Assembly (NCBI GenBank): GCA_965223665.1
Contig: OZ245011.1
Span: 2,656,001-2,720,000, forward strand
Length of the DNA: 64,000 bases
Reading direction: 5' to 3'
Source of the DNA: Nitrospinaceae bacterium
GTDB taxonomy: Bacteria; Nitrospinota; Nitrospinia; Nitrospinales; Nitrospinaceae
Under the pieces are notes generated by a model. That model worked only from the letters and a program-made list of their open reading frames with translations. It was not told the origin of the DNA and did no database searches. Positions 56,380 through 64,000 of this stretch are shown here, piece by piece. How positions within the stretch are numbered: the first letter of the stretch is position 1; every line of letters starts with the position of its first letter. A program made the position numbers and the translations under genes.

Positions 56380-57696
56380 TTAGCCCCGACGACTTTTAAT
56401 CCTCCCCTTTTTTACGAATCCATCGTAATTTCTCATTACCAGGTGAGATTCAATTTGTTGCATTGTATCGAGGGAAACTCCGACGACAATCAATAAACTT
56501 GTTCCGCCAAAATAGAACGGAATGTTGAGATATTTTATCAAATAATCGGGCAAAATACAGACAAAAGATAGATAGATTGCCCCATAGAACGTCAGTCTAG
56601 ATAAAACAAAATCAATATATTCGGCCGTTTTTGGTCCAGGGCGAAGTCCCGGAATAAACCCACCATGCTTTTTCATATTATCTGCTACGTCTGTGGGGTT
56701 AAAAATGACCGCCGTATAGAAATAACAGAAGAAAAATATAGCCCCTATAAAAAACAAACTATAAATTAAAGTCCCAGGTGTAAACATTGCTGACACCTGC
56801 TGCATCCAGGGAATATTCGTAAATTGCGCAATGGATGCTGGAACCATAATGATGGATGAAGCAAAAATCGGGGGAATAACACCCGAAGTATTTACCTTTA
56901 AAGGTAAATGAGTACTTTGGCCACCATAAACTTTACGACCTACTACCCTCCTGGCATATTGAATTGGAATTCTTCTCTGGCCACCTTCAGTAAAAACTAT
57001 AGCTCCAATTACTGCAACCATTAACAACAACATGAACAATCCAACAATTACTGAAAGTTCGCCTGTCCCCATCAAGTCTAAAGATTGGAAAATAGCACTA
57101 GGCGCGCCAGCCACAATTCCGGCAAATATGATGAGGGAAATTCCATTCCCTATTCCTCGTTCGGTAATTTGCTCACCCAACCACATAATAAATGCAGTTC
57201 CAGCAGTAAGAGTGAGAATCGTCATTAAACGAAATCCCCAACCTGGTTCAATAACAATTGGGGCTCCACCAGGACTTTTCATTGCTTCGAGTCCCACACT
57301 AATACCCGAACTCTGGATCATACTAATAACAATTGTTCCATACCGCGTATATTGAGTGATCTTCTTTTGGCCCTGCTCACCTTCTTTTTTCAATCGCGCC
57401 AAATGCGGAGAAACAATGGTCAGCAATTGTAAAATAATAGAAGCACTGATGTAGGGCATAATGCCCAAGGCAAAAATTGTTAACCGGCTTAATGCTCCAC
57501 CGGAAAACATATCAAAGAAACCCAAGAAGGTTCCCTGAGCTTGTTGAAAAATTTCAGCTAACGCGGCACCGTCAATACCAGGAGTGGGAATGTGAGCACC
57601 AATCCGGTAAACGGTCAAAATTAAAAGAGTAAATAGAATTCTCCGTTTTAGCTCAGGAATTCTAAAAATATTGCCAAAGCTTTCCGCACCGCTCAT
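56380..57696 (-). CDS. secY: Preprotein translocase SecY
   Basis: FALGIMPYISASII, GIGNGISLIIF, FYFGGTSLLIVV. Confidence 0.99.
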   Translation of the reverse strand: MSGAESFGNIFRIPELKRRILFTLLILTVYRIGAHIPTPGIDGAALAEIFQQAQGTFLGFFDMFSGGALSRLTIFALGIMPYISASIILQLLTIVSPHLARLKKEGEQGQKKITQYTRYGTIVISMIQSSGISVGLEAMKSPGGAPIVIEPGWGFRLMTILTLTAGTAFIMWLGEQITERGIGNGISLIIFAGIVAGAPSAIFQSLDLMGTGELSVIVGLFMLLLMVAVIGAIVFTEGGQRRIPIQYARRVVGRKVYGGQSTHLPLKVNTSGVIPPIFASSIIMVPASIAQFTNIPWMQQVSAMFTPGTLIYSLFFIGAIFFFCYFYTAVIFNPTDVADNMKKHGGFIPGLRPGPKTAEYIDFVLSRLTFYGAIYLSFVCILPDYLIKYLNIPFYFGGTSLLIVVGVSLDTMQQIESHLVMRNYDGFVKKGRIKSRRG

Positions 57697-58136
57697 TTAA
57701 GGACTACGGCCTTTCCGCCAGATTTTTCGATCTTTTCAATGGCTGATTTGCTGAATTTATGGGCGTGAATGGTCAACCCATTTTTTAATTCTCCCGTCCC
57801 TAATATTTTCACTGCTTCTGTAGATCGAATAAACCCTTTTTCCTTCATCATTTCAGGAGTTAATGGTTCATTCAAATTCATCTCCGCAAGTTGACGAAGA
57901 TTGATCAACTCATAAGATTTTCTAAAGATGTTCGTAAATCCTCGCTTGGGTAATCGACGCTGTAATGGCATCTGTCCACCCTCAAACCAAGGATGCGGAT
58001 TCCCACCGGAGCGACTTTTTTGACCTTTTTGACCCCGGCCTGCGGTTTTCCCAGTTCCGGAACCAATACCTCGTCCAACCCGTTTTGGATTTTTTCGCGA
58101 ACCCTTATTTATTTTTAATTTAGAAAGTGAAAGCAT
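57693..58136 (-). CDS. rplO: 50S ribosomal protein L15
   Basis: GRGIGSG, FEGGQMPL.RRLPKRGF. Confidence 0.98.
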   Translation of the reverse strand: MLSLSKLKINKGSRKNPKRVGRGIGSGTGKTAGRGQKGQKSRSGGNPHPWFEGGQMPLQRRLPKRGFTNIFRKSYELINLRQLAEMNLNEPLTPEMMKEKGFIRSTEAVKILGTGELKNGLTIHAHKFSKSAIEKIEKSGGKAVVLK

Positions 58137-58139
58137 AAT

Positions 58140-58658
58140 TTAAGCAGATTTTTCCTTAACATCGTTATTAACCACTTTTCCCCTCAATTGTGAAACTTGT
58201 TGCCCATCACGTAAAGATAGCAAACCATTGATCGTCGCTTTCACTACATTATGAGGATTATTCGTCCGAATACATTTTGTCAAAATATCTTTTATTCCAA
58301 CGGCTTCTAATACAGCCCGAACCGCTCCACCCGCAATCAACCCCGTTCCTCGAGACGCTGGTTTTAATAGAACCCGTCCGGAACCAAAACATCCAATAGT
58401 TTCATGAGGGATGGTCGATCCATCTAAAGGAACCGATATTTGATTTTTCTTGGCTTTTTCCATTCCTTTGCGAATGGCTTCAGGAACTTCATTTGCTTTT
58501 CCAAGTCCCCAACCAACTTGACCCTCGCGGTTTCCCACTACCACCAAGGCGCTAAAGCTAAAACGCCGACCACCTTTAACAACCTTAGCAACACGTTTCA
58601 CCTTAACAACATTGTCAACGAGGTCTTGTTTCATGTTGGTTTTATCTTGCAAAATCAA
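58140..58658 (-). CDS. rpsE: 30S ribosomal protein S5
   Basis: [22 protein letters not shown]. Confidence 0.98.
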   Translation of the reverse strand: MILQDKTNMKQDLVDNVVKVKRVAKVVKGGRRFSFSALVVVGNREGQVGWGLGKANEVPEAIRKGMEKAKKNQISVPLDGSTIPHETIGCFGSGRVLLKPASRGTGLIAGGAVRAVLEAVGIKDILTKCIRTNNPHNVVKATINGLLSLRDGQQVSQLRGKVVNNDVKEKSA

Positions 58659-58686
58659 TCCTCCATTAATTGCCTAAATATTGGCT

Positions 58687-59052
58687 TTAAAATTTAATTC
58701 CTTTTTCTCGAACCGCATCAGCCAACGCCTTTACTCGGCCTGTATATATAAATCCATTCCTGTCATAACAAACTTCTTTGATTCCCTTTTCTACCGCTTT
58801 TTCGGCCAATAGGGTTCCAACTAAAACTGCAGCTTTTCTATTGCCTCCGTAAGCCATTTTTTCCTTAAACTCTTTACTTACTGTAGACGCAGAAACCAAA
58901 GTCTGGCGTTTACGATCATCAATTATCTGAGCATAAATATGCTTAGAACTTTTAAACACGGTCAAACGTAACTTGTCTTTATTTTTTTGGATTTTATTTT
59001 TAACGCGTCCCTTGCGTTTCATCCTCAAACTATATCGTAATGCTACACTCAT
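58687..59052 (-). CDS. rplR: 50S ribosomal protein L18
   Basis: RLTVFKSSKHIYAQIIDD, DRNGFIYTGRV. Confidence 0.97.
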   Translation of the reverse strand: MSVALRYSLRMKRKGRVKNKIQKNKDKLRLTVFKSSKHIYAQIIDDRKRQTLVSASTVSKEFKEKMAYGGNRKAAVLVGTLLAEKAVEKGIKEVCYDRNGFIYTGRVKALADAVREKGIKF

Positions 59053-59064
59053 AGAACCTCTTGA

Positions 59065-59616
59065 TTAAGCTCCGGTACTGCCGGCTGTTTTTCCTGCTTT
59101 TCTTCGAATACGCTCATCCGAATACATCACTCCTTTACCCTTGTATGGCTCCGGGGGTCGAAATTCACGAATTTCAGCAGATATTTGACCTACTTTTTGC
59201 TTATCAATACCTTTTACTTTTATCGTATTAGCTTTCGAGTCAACCTCAAACTCAATCCCCTCGGGAGCATCGTATTGAATTGGGTGTGAAAACCCTAACT
59301 GCAGGTTCAGCGCTTTTCCCTTAAGATCCACCTTATAACCCACACCTACAATATTCAGTTGCTTCATAAATCCCTCAGAAACACCAACCACCATATTATT
59401 TATTAATGCCCGAGTAAGACCATGCAATGCTCTATCTTTTCCAGCATCAGATGGTCGACTCACTACAACTTGCCCATCAGACATTTCAATTTTCATGTTG
59501 GGATGGAATTCTCTTTCAATCTGTCCCTTAGGCCCCTTTACATGGACCTTAGACCCATTTACTTTGAATTCGACACCAGAAGGAATTTTTATGGGTAATC
59601 TACCTATACGTGACAT
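59065..59616 (-). CDS. rplF: 50S ribosomal protein L6
   Basis: MSRIGR, GVGYK, PEPYKGKG. Confidence 0.98.
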   Translation of the reverse strand: MSRIGRLPIKIPSGVEFKVNGSKVHVKGPKGQIEREFHPNMKIEMSDGQVVVSRPSDAGKDRALHGLTRALINNMVVGVSEGFMKQLNIVGVGYKVDLKGKALNLQLGFSHPIQYDAPEGIEFEVDSKANTIKVKGIDKQKVGQISAEIREFRPPEPYKGKGVMYSDERIRRKAGKTAGSTGA

Positions 59617-59634
59617 AATTTCTAAACTCTGTCC

Positions 59635-60027
59635 TTACCAAACATAGCCTACTACTTCCCCACCAATACCTTTTTCTCGACATATTTCATCGGTGGTCAA
59701 ACCAGCAGAAGTAGAAACAATAGCAATTCCTAAACCGTTCAATACGTTAGGAAGGTTATCTTTATTAACATAAACTCTGCGTCCGGGCTTACTTACTCGC
59801 TTTATGCCACGGATAGCACCATCTCCATCAACATATTTAAGATAAACTCTCAGGACTCCTTGCTTCCCATCCTGCGCAACTTTAAAGTTCTTAATAAAAC
59901 CTTCGTCCTTTAAAATTTCTGCTAATCGAGTTTTCATCTTTGAATTTGGAATGTCCACTTTCGGATGCTTAACTTGCAAGCCATTTCGAATTCTTGTAAA
60001 CAAATCCGCTATGGGATCGGTCATCAT
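59635..60027 (-). CDS. rpsH: 30S ribosomal protein S8
   Basis: [23 protein letters not shown]. Confidence 0.98.
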   Translation of the reverse strand: MMTDPIADLFTRIRNGLQVKHPKVDIPNSKMKTRLAEILKDEGFIKNFKVAQDGKQGVLRVYLKYVDGDGAIRGIKRVSKPGRRVYVNKDNLPNVLNGLGIAIVSTSAGLTTDEICREKGIGGEVVGYVW

Positions 60028-60057
60028 AGATCAAAAGTCTCCTAATAAATAATCAGG

Positions 60058-60243
60058 TCACCAACTTGCTTTAGTTACACCCGGCACTTCTCCTAACAGA
60101 GCCCGGGTACGAAAGCAAATTCGACACAAACCAAATTTTCTTAAATATGCCCGCGGCCGCCCACAGACATTACAGCGGTTATAATTTCTTACTTTAAATT
60201 TTGGCTCTCGCTTTGATTTAGCGATCAAACTTTTCTTTGCCAT
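60058..60243 (-). CDS. rpsZ: 30S ribosomal protein S14 (Zn-binding type Z)
   Basis: [19 protein letters not shown]. Confidence 0.96.
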   Translation of the reverse strand: MAKKSLIAKSKREPKFKVRNYNRCNVCGRPRAYLRKFGLCRICFRTRALLGEVPGVTKASW

Positions 60244-60247
60244 TTCG

Positions 60248-60787
60248 TTAGTTCCTAATCGGAAATCCCATTGTTTTTAACAGTACTCTACCCGCTTCAT
60301 CTGTTTCAGCGGAAGTGACGATCGTAATATTCATTCCCTTAATTTGGTCAATTTTATCAAAGTTAATTTCAGGAAAAATCAACTGCTCCTTAAGTCCAAG
60401 GGTATAATTCCCTCTGCCATCAAAAGCTTTTGGGGACAATCCCTTAAAGTCCCTTACTCGCGGTAAAGAAAAATTAACCAACCTCTCAAAAAACTCATAC
60501 ATGCGATTACCCCGCAGAGTTACCCGAACACCAATTGGCATTCCCTCTCGCAACTTAAAATTAGAAATGGCCTTCTTGGCCCTTGTCACTACAGGTTGCT
60601 GACCCGTAATGATACGAAGCTGTTCTACTCCTGCATCGATTAGCTTCCCATTCTGGATAGCCTCTCCTAACCCCATATTCACAATAATTTTTTGGAGCTT
60701 GGGAACCTGCATCACATTTTTCAAATTCAATTCTTTTTGAATTTGTGGTTTGTATGTTTCGTTATAAGTTTTCTTCAATGCGCTCAT
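60248..60787 (-). CDS. rplE: 50S ribosomal protein L5
   Basis: [22 protein letters not shown]. Confidence 0.98.
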   Translation of the reverse strand: MSALKKTYNETYKPQIQKELNLKNVMQVPKLQKIIVNMGLGEAIQNGKLIDAGVEQLRIITGQQPVVTRAKKAISNFKLREGMPIGVRVTLRGNRMYEFFERLVNFSLPRVRDFKGLSPKAFDGRGNYTLGLKEQLIFPEINFDKIDQIKGMNITIVTSAETDEAGRVLLKTMGFPIRN

Positions 60788-60808
60788 TAATTCCTAATCC
60801 CAAACAAA

Positions 60809-61141
60809 CTAAACTTTATCCATTACTTCGCCACATTTAACACAAAGACGAACCCGCTTACCATCTTCCAGCTTCTTATGCTTAGTACGAACTCCTTTAC
60901 CACATTTATCACAAACCAATAGAAGATTGGAAATATGGATAGATCCTTCTCGCTCCAAAATACCGCCCTGCTTATTTTCATTTGAAGGCTTCATATGTTT
61001 TTTAAGCATATTAAGCTTTTCGACGGTCACCCTTCCTTTATCTGGAAATAGGGCAAGAACCTTTCCCTTTTTTCCTTTTTCTTTTCCGACGGTGACTTGA
61101 ACAATATCATCTTTTTTAATATGAAGCTTACTCGCCATCAA
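60809..61141 (-). CDS. rplX: 50S ribosomal protein L24
   Basis: [23 protein letters not shown]. Confidence 0.97.
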   Translation of the reverse strand: MMASKLHIKKDDIVQVTVGKEKGKKGKVLALFPDKGRVTVEKLNMLKKHMKPSNENKQGGILEREGSIHISNLLLVCDKCGKGVRTKHKKLEDGKRVRLCVKCGEVMDKV

Positions 61142-61506
61142 AGTACCTCCGGAGCCAGCGATAAAATTTTAAGAAATCTTTTTGCACGCAACTCCCTTGC
61201 AACCGGACCAAAAATACGGGTCCCCAAAGGTTCTTTTGACTCATTCACCAAAACTGCTGCATTACTGTCAAACTTAATATAACTCCCTTCAGGCCTACGC
61301 ATTTCTTTTCGAGTACGCACCACAACCGCTTTTTTCACTTCGCCTTTTTTAACATTGCTATTGGGTTCAGATTCTTTTACTGCAACCACAATGATGTCAC
61401 CTACTGAAGCATATCTTCGTCCGGTTCCCCCTAAAACTTTTATACACTGAACCTTTTTTGCTCCCGAATTGTCTGCAACTTCTAAAACTGTTCTTAACTG
61501 AATCAT
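61138..61506 (-). CDS. rplN: 50S ribosomal protein L14
   Basis: [20 protein letters not shown]. Confidence 0.99.
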   Translation of the reverse strand: MIQLRTVLEVADNSGAKKVQCIKVLGGTGRRYASVGDIIVVAVKESEPNSNVKKGEVKKAVVVRTRKEMRRPEGSYIKFDSNAAVLVNESKEPLGTRIFGPVARELRAKRFLKILSLAPEVL

Positions 61507-61522
61507 TCAATAACACCAAGGC

Positions 61523-61783
61523 TCAATTGTTTGCGGATTTGATAATTTCTACTAACAACCAACGCTTATCTTTACTCAAAGGACGTACTTCTCTCATTGA
61601 AACAACATCTCCTACATTACATTTATTTTCTTCATCATGGCATTTATACTTTTTTGTGCGTTTAACCACTTTCTTAAATGTAGGATGATTAAACTTTCGC
61701 ACCACTTTAACAACTACCGTCTTATTCATTTTGTCACTGACCACAGTGCCAGTCATTAATCTTTTAGGCTTGACCTGACTCAA
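61523..61783 (-). CDS. rpsQ: 30S ribosomal protein S17
   Basis: [20 protein letters not shown]. Confidence 0.97.
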   Translation of the reverse strand: MSQVKPKRLMTGTVVSDKMNKTVVVKVVRKFNHPTFKKVVKRTKKYKCHDEENKCNVGDVVSMREVRPLSKDKRWLLVEIIKSANN

Positions 61784-61819
61784 TTCTCCTCCTTTAATCG
61801 AAAACTTTCCTCGGTCATG

Positions 61820-62068
61820 TTACGAATCCTTTTTAGTTTCTTCTTTAGGCGGCTCTTTCTCAGATTTATTCGAAACCGCATTTTGAGCATCTTGAGCCCA
61901 CAAAGTTTTAATTCGAGCAATATCCCGTCGCATATGCTTTAAACGTCCAGGGTTTTCGATTTTTCCTGTAGCCAATTGAAACTTTAGGTTGAAATACTCT
62001 TCCTGCAAATCATCCAGTTTCTCTTGCCGCTCCTGAACAGATAATTCGCGAATTTCTTGCATTTTCAT
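61820..62068 (-). CDS. rpmC: 50S ribosomal protein L29
   Basis: FNLKFQ, RRDIARIKT; short charged tail. Confidence 0.95.
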   Translation of the reverse strand: MKMQEIRELSVQERQEKLDDLQEEYFNLKFQLATGKIENPGRLKHMRRDIARIKTLWAQDAQNAVSNKSEKEPPKEETKKDS

Positions 62069-62081
62069 TTAAACACCAAAT

Positions 62082-62492
62082 TTATGACTTATTAACAATC
62101 ACTCGTGTAGGCACTGGCAACTTATGAGAGGCGAGTCTCAAAGCTTCTCTTGCAATATCTTCGGGAACCCCAGCCATTTCATAAAGGATACGCCCAGGTT
62201 TAACAATTGCCACCCAAAATTCTGGGTTACCTTTTCCTTTACCCATTCGCGTTTCTGCAGGTTTTTTTGAAATTGGCTTATCTGGAAAAATCCGCAACCA
62301 AATTTTTCCACCCCGCTTCACATGGCGGGTCATTGCAATACGAGCAGCTTCAATTTGCCGATTAGAAATTCGACCACATCCCAATGTTTGCAGTCCAAAT
62401 TCTCCAAAGTTCATACTGCCACCACGAAATGCCGTTCCACGCATTCTTCCTTTATGCCTTTTTCGATATTTAACTTTTTTGGGCATCAACAT
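62082..62492 (-). CDS. rplP: 50S ribosomal protein L16
   Basis: [17 protein letters not shown]. Confidence 0.98.
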   Translation of the reverse strand: MLMPKKVKYRKRHKGRMRGTAFRGGSMNFGEFGLQTLGCGRISNRQIEAARIAMTRHVKRGGKIWLRIFPDKPISKKPAETRMGKGKGNPEFWVAIVKPGRILYEMAGVPEDIAREALRLASHKLPVPTRVIVNKS

Positions 62493-62531
62493 GATGCAAT
62501 TACTCCATTACATTAACTAAAATTTAGCGGG

Positions 62532-63200
62532 TTAACTCTCTACCGGTTCCTTTTCGGGAAGGCTTTTGCCATCATCAAAGATTTCACCTTTATAAACCCA
62601 AACCTTAATTCCAATAATTCCGTAAGTTGTCAATCCTTCTGCGGTACCATAATCAATATCAGCTCGCAAAGTATGAAGTGGCACTTGACCTTCTCGATAC
62701 CATTCACTACGAGCAATTTCCGCACCCCCTAACCTTCCGGAACATCGGATTTTAATTCCTTTCGCTCCAAAACGAAGAGAAGATTGCACTGCTTTTTTCA
62801 TTGCTCTTCGAAATGAAATTCGTTTTTGCAACTGTAAGGCAATATTTTGGGCAATCAGGGTAGCGTCTAACTCAGCACGACGAATTTCTTTAATATTCAA
62901 ATTCACTTGTTTGCCACCAATGATTTTCTGTAGCGCTTCTTTTAAACGATCCACTTCTAATCCCTTTTTACCAATTATGATGCCGGGACGCGCTGTATGA
63001 ATATTAATTCGAATTCGATTTGCTGACCGCTCAATCTCCAAATTGGACACCCCTGCATGAGATAAAGATTTCCTAAGGTACTTTCGGAGATTAATATCTT
63101 CCTGCAATAATTCCGGAAATTCTTTTTTTGCGTACCAATTGGACTTCCAAGGCTTATTAACCCCCAACCGAAATCCATAAGGGTGAACTTTTTGACCCAC
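62532..63200 (-). CDS. rpsC: 30S ribosomal protein S3
   Basis: [33 protein letters not shown]. Confidence 0.99.
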   Translation of the reverse strand: MGQKVHPYGFRLGVNKPWKSNWYAKKEFPELLQEDINLRKYLRKSLSHAGVSNLEIERSANRIRINIHTARPGIIIGKKGLEVDRLKEALQKIIGGKQVNLNIKEIRRAELDATLIAQNIALQLQKRISFRRAMKKAVQSSLRFGAKGIKIRCSGRLGGAEIARSEWYREGQVPLHTLRADIDYGTAEGLTTYGIIGIKVWVYKGEIFDDGKSLPEKEPVES

Positions 63201-63212
63201 GATTTTCCTCCG

Positions 63213-63551
63213 CTATTCTTTATCGTTAAGAATAATTGTTATGTGGCTGGTTCGTTTTAAAATCATAGTCGCCATTCCACGGGCTCGAGGCATCTGCCTT
63301 TTCCACGCCACTCCTGGGTTTACAAAAACTTTTTTCACGACAAGATCATCCACATCCACCACCTTATGATTTTCTTCTGCATTAGAAATTGCCGACTTGA
63401 GTAGCTTTTGAAACATTCGAGCGGCCTTTTTTTCGGTGAAGGTCAAAATATTCATCGCTTCATTAACGTTCTTACCCCGAATCATATCGGCCACTAACCG
63501 AGCTTTTCTTGGCGCTGTCCGCGCATGCCTTAATTTAGCTTGTACATCCAT
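63213..63551 (-). CDS. rplV: 50S ribosomal protein L22
   Basis: PRKARLVADMIRG, PRARG, TSHITI. Confidence 0.98.
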   Translation of the reverse strand: MDVQAKLRHARTAPRKARLVADMIRGKNVNEAMNILTFTEKKAARMFQKLLKSAISNAEENHKVVDVDDLVVKKVFVNPGVAWKRQMPRARGMATMILKRTSHITIILNDKE

Positions 63552-63565
63552 TGATCAATTCACTT

Positions 63566-63850
63566 TTATTTAGGCGGTGGCGCCTTTTTGGTTTTACCGC
63601 TATGCCCTTTAAAGGTCCGCGTAGGAGAAAATTCTCCTAATTTATGACCCACCATATTTTCCGTAACAAATACAGGAATGAATTTCTTACCATTATGAAC
63701 AGAAAGCGTATGCCCAACAAAATCGGGAATAATGGTTGAACGACGAGACCACGTTTTAATAATTTTTTTCTCATTTTTCCTGTTCATCGCCTCAACTTTA
63801 TCCATCAAGGAATTATCGACAAAAGGTCCTTTTTTTAATGATCGCGCCAT
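63566..63850 (-). CDS. rpsS: 30S ribosomal protein S19
   Basis: [27 protein letters not shown]. Confidence 0.99.
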   Translation of the reverse strand: MARSLKKGPFVDNSLMDKVEAMNRKNEKKIIKTWSRRSTIIPDFVGHTLSVHNGKKFIPVFVTENMVGHKLGEFSPTRTFKGHSGKTKKAPPPK

Positions 63851-63863
63851 ACTATACCTTCAT

Positions 63864-64000
63864 TTATTTTTTCTTACGACTTAAAATATATTTGCTCGAT
63901 GGTTTTCGCTTTTTCCTGGTCTTAAAACCCTTAGCAGGAATTCCGAAAGGACTACAAGGGTGCCGACCTCCAGAAGAACGCCCTTCCCCTCCACCCATAG
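63864..64000 (-). CDS. rplB: 50S ribosomal protein L2 (3' end only)
   Basis: [25 protein letters not shown]. Confidence 0.95.
   Translation of the reverse strand, partial: MGGGEGRSSGGRHPCSPFGIPAKGFKTRKKRKPSSKYILSRKKK

Overview
This is an AT-rich bacterial chromosome window. A Nitrospinota/deltaproteobacteria-like host is my inference from protein style and was not tested. Core genes sit at both ends: prfA-rpmE-rho on the left; on the right, a glycosyltransferase/TMTC-like pair, an ABC transporter, purD, and the alpha/spc/S10 ribosomal clusters (no rpmD). A tmRNA gene (40525-40883, minus) anchors a ~21.6 kb CP4-57/P4-like integrative element (~18882-40540). It encodes an integrase, a stand-alone Arm-domain protein, AlpA, a primase and a DUF3987 protein with a candidate iteron origin. 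Its cargo is a full type I-C CRISPR-Cas locus with 78 repeats and 77 spacers (hand count). cas8c, cas7 and cas4 carry about nine single-base indels within 2.1 kb, most likely assembly error. A second copy of the element-end signature at ~7940-8040 suggests an older, integrase-less ~11 kb island in tandem. That segment holds a 1631-aa surface protein with seven DNA-identical 309-bp repeats, a DUF6745/His-motif gene pair with a divergent SorC-like regulator, and CBS/PRT/dodecin genes. Several spacers translate to recognisable motifs (phage tail collar, pentapeptide repeat).
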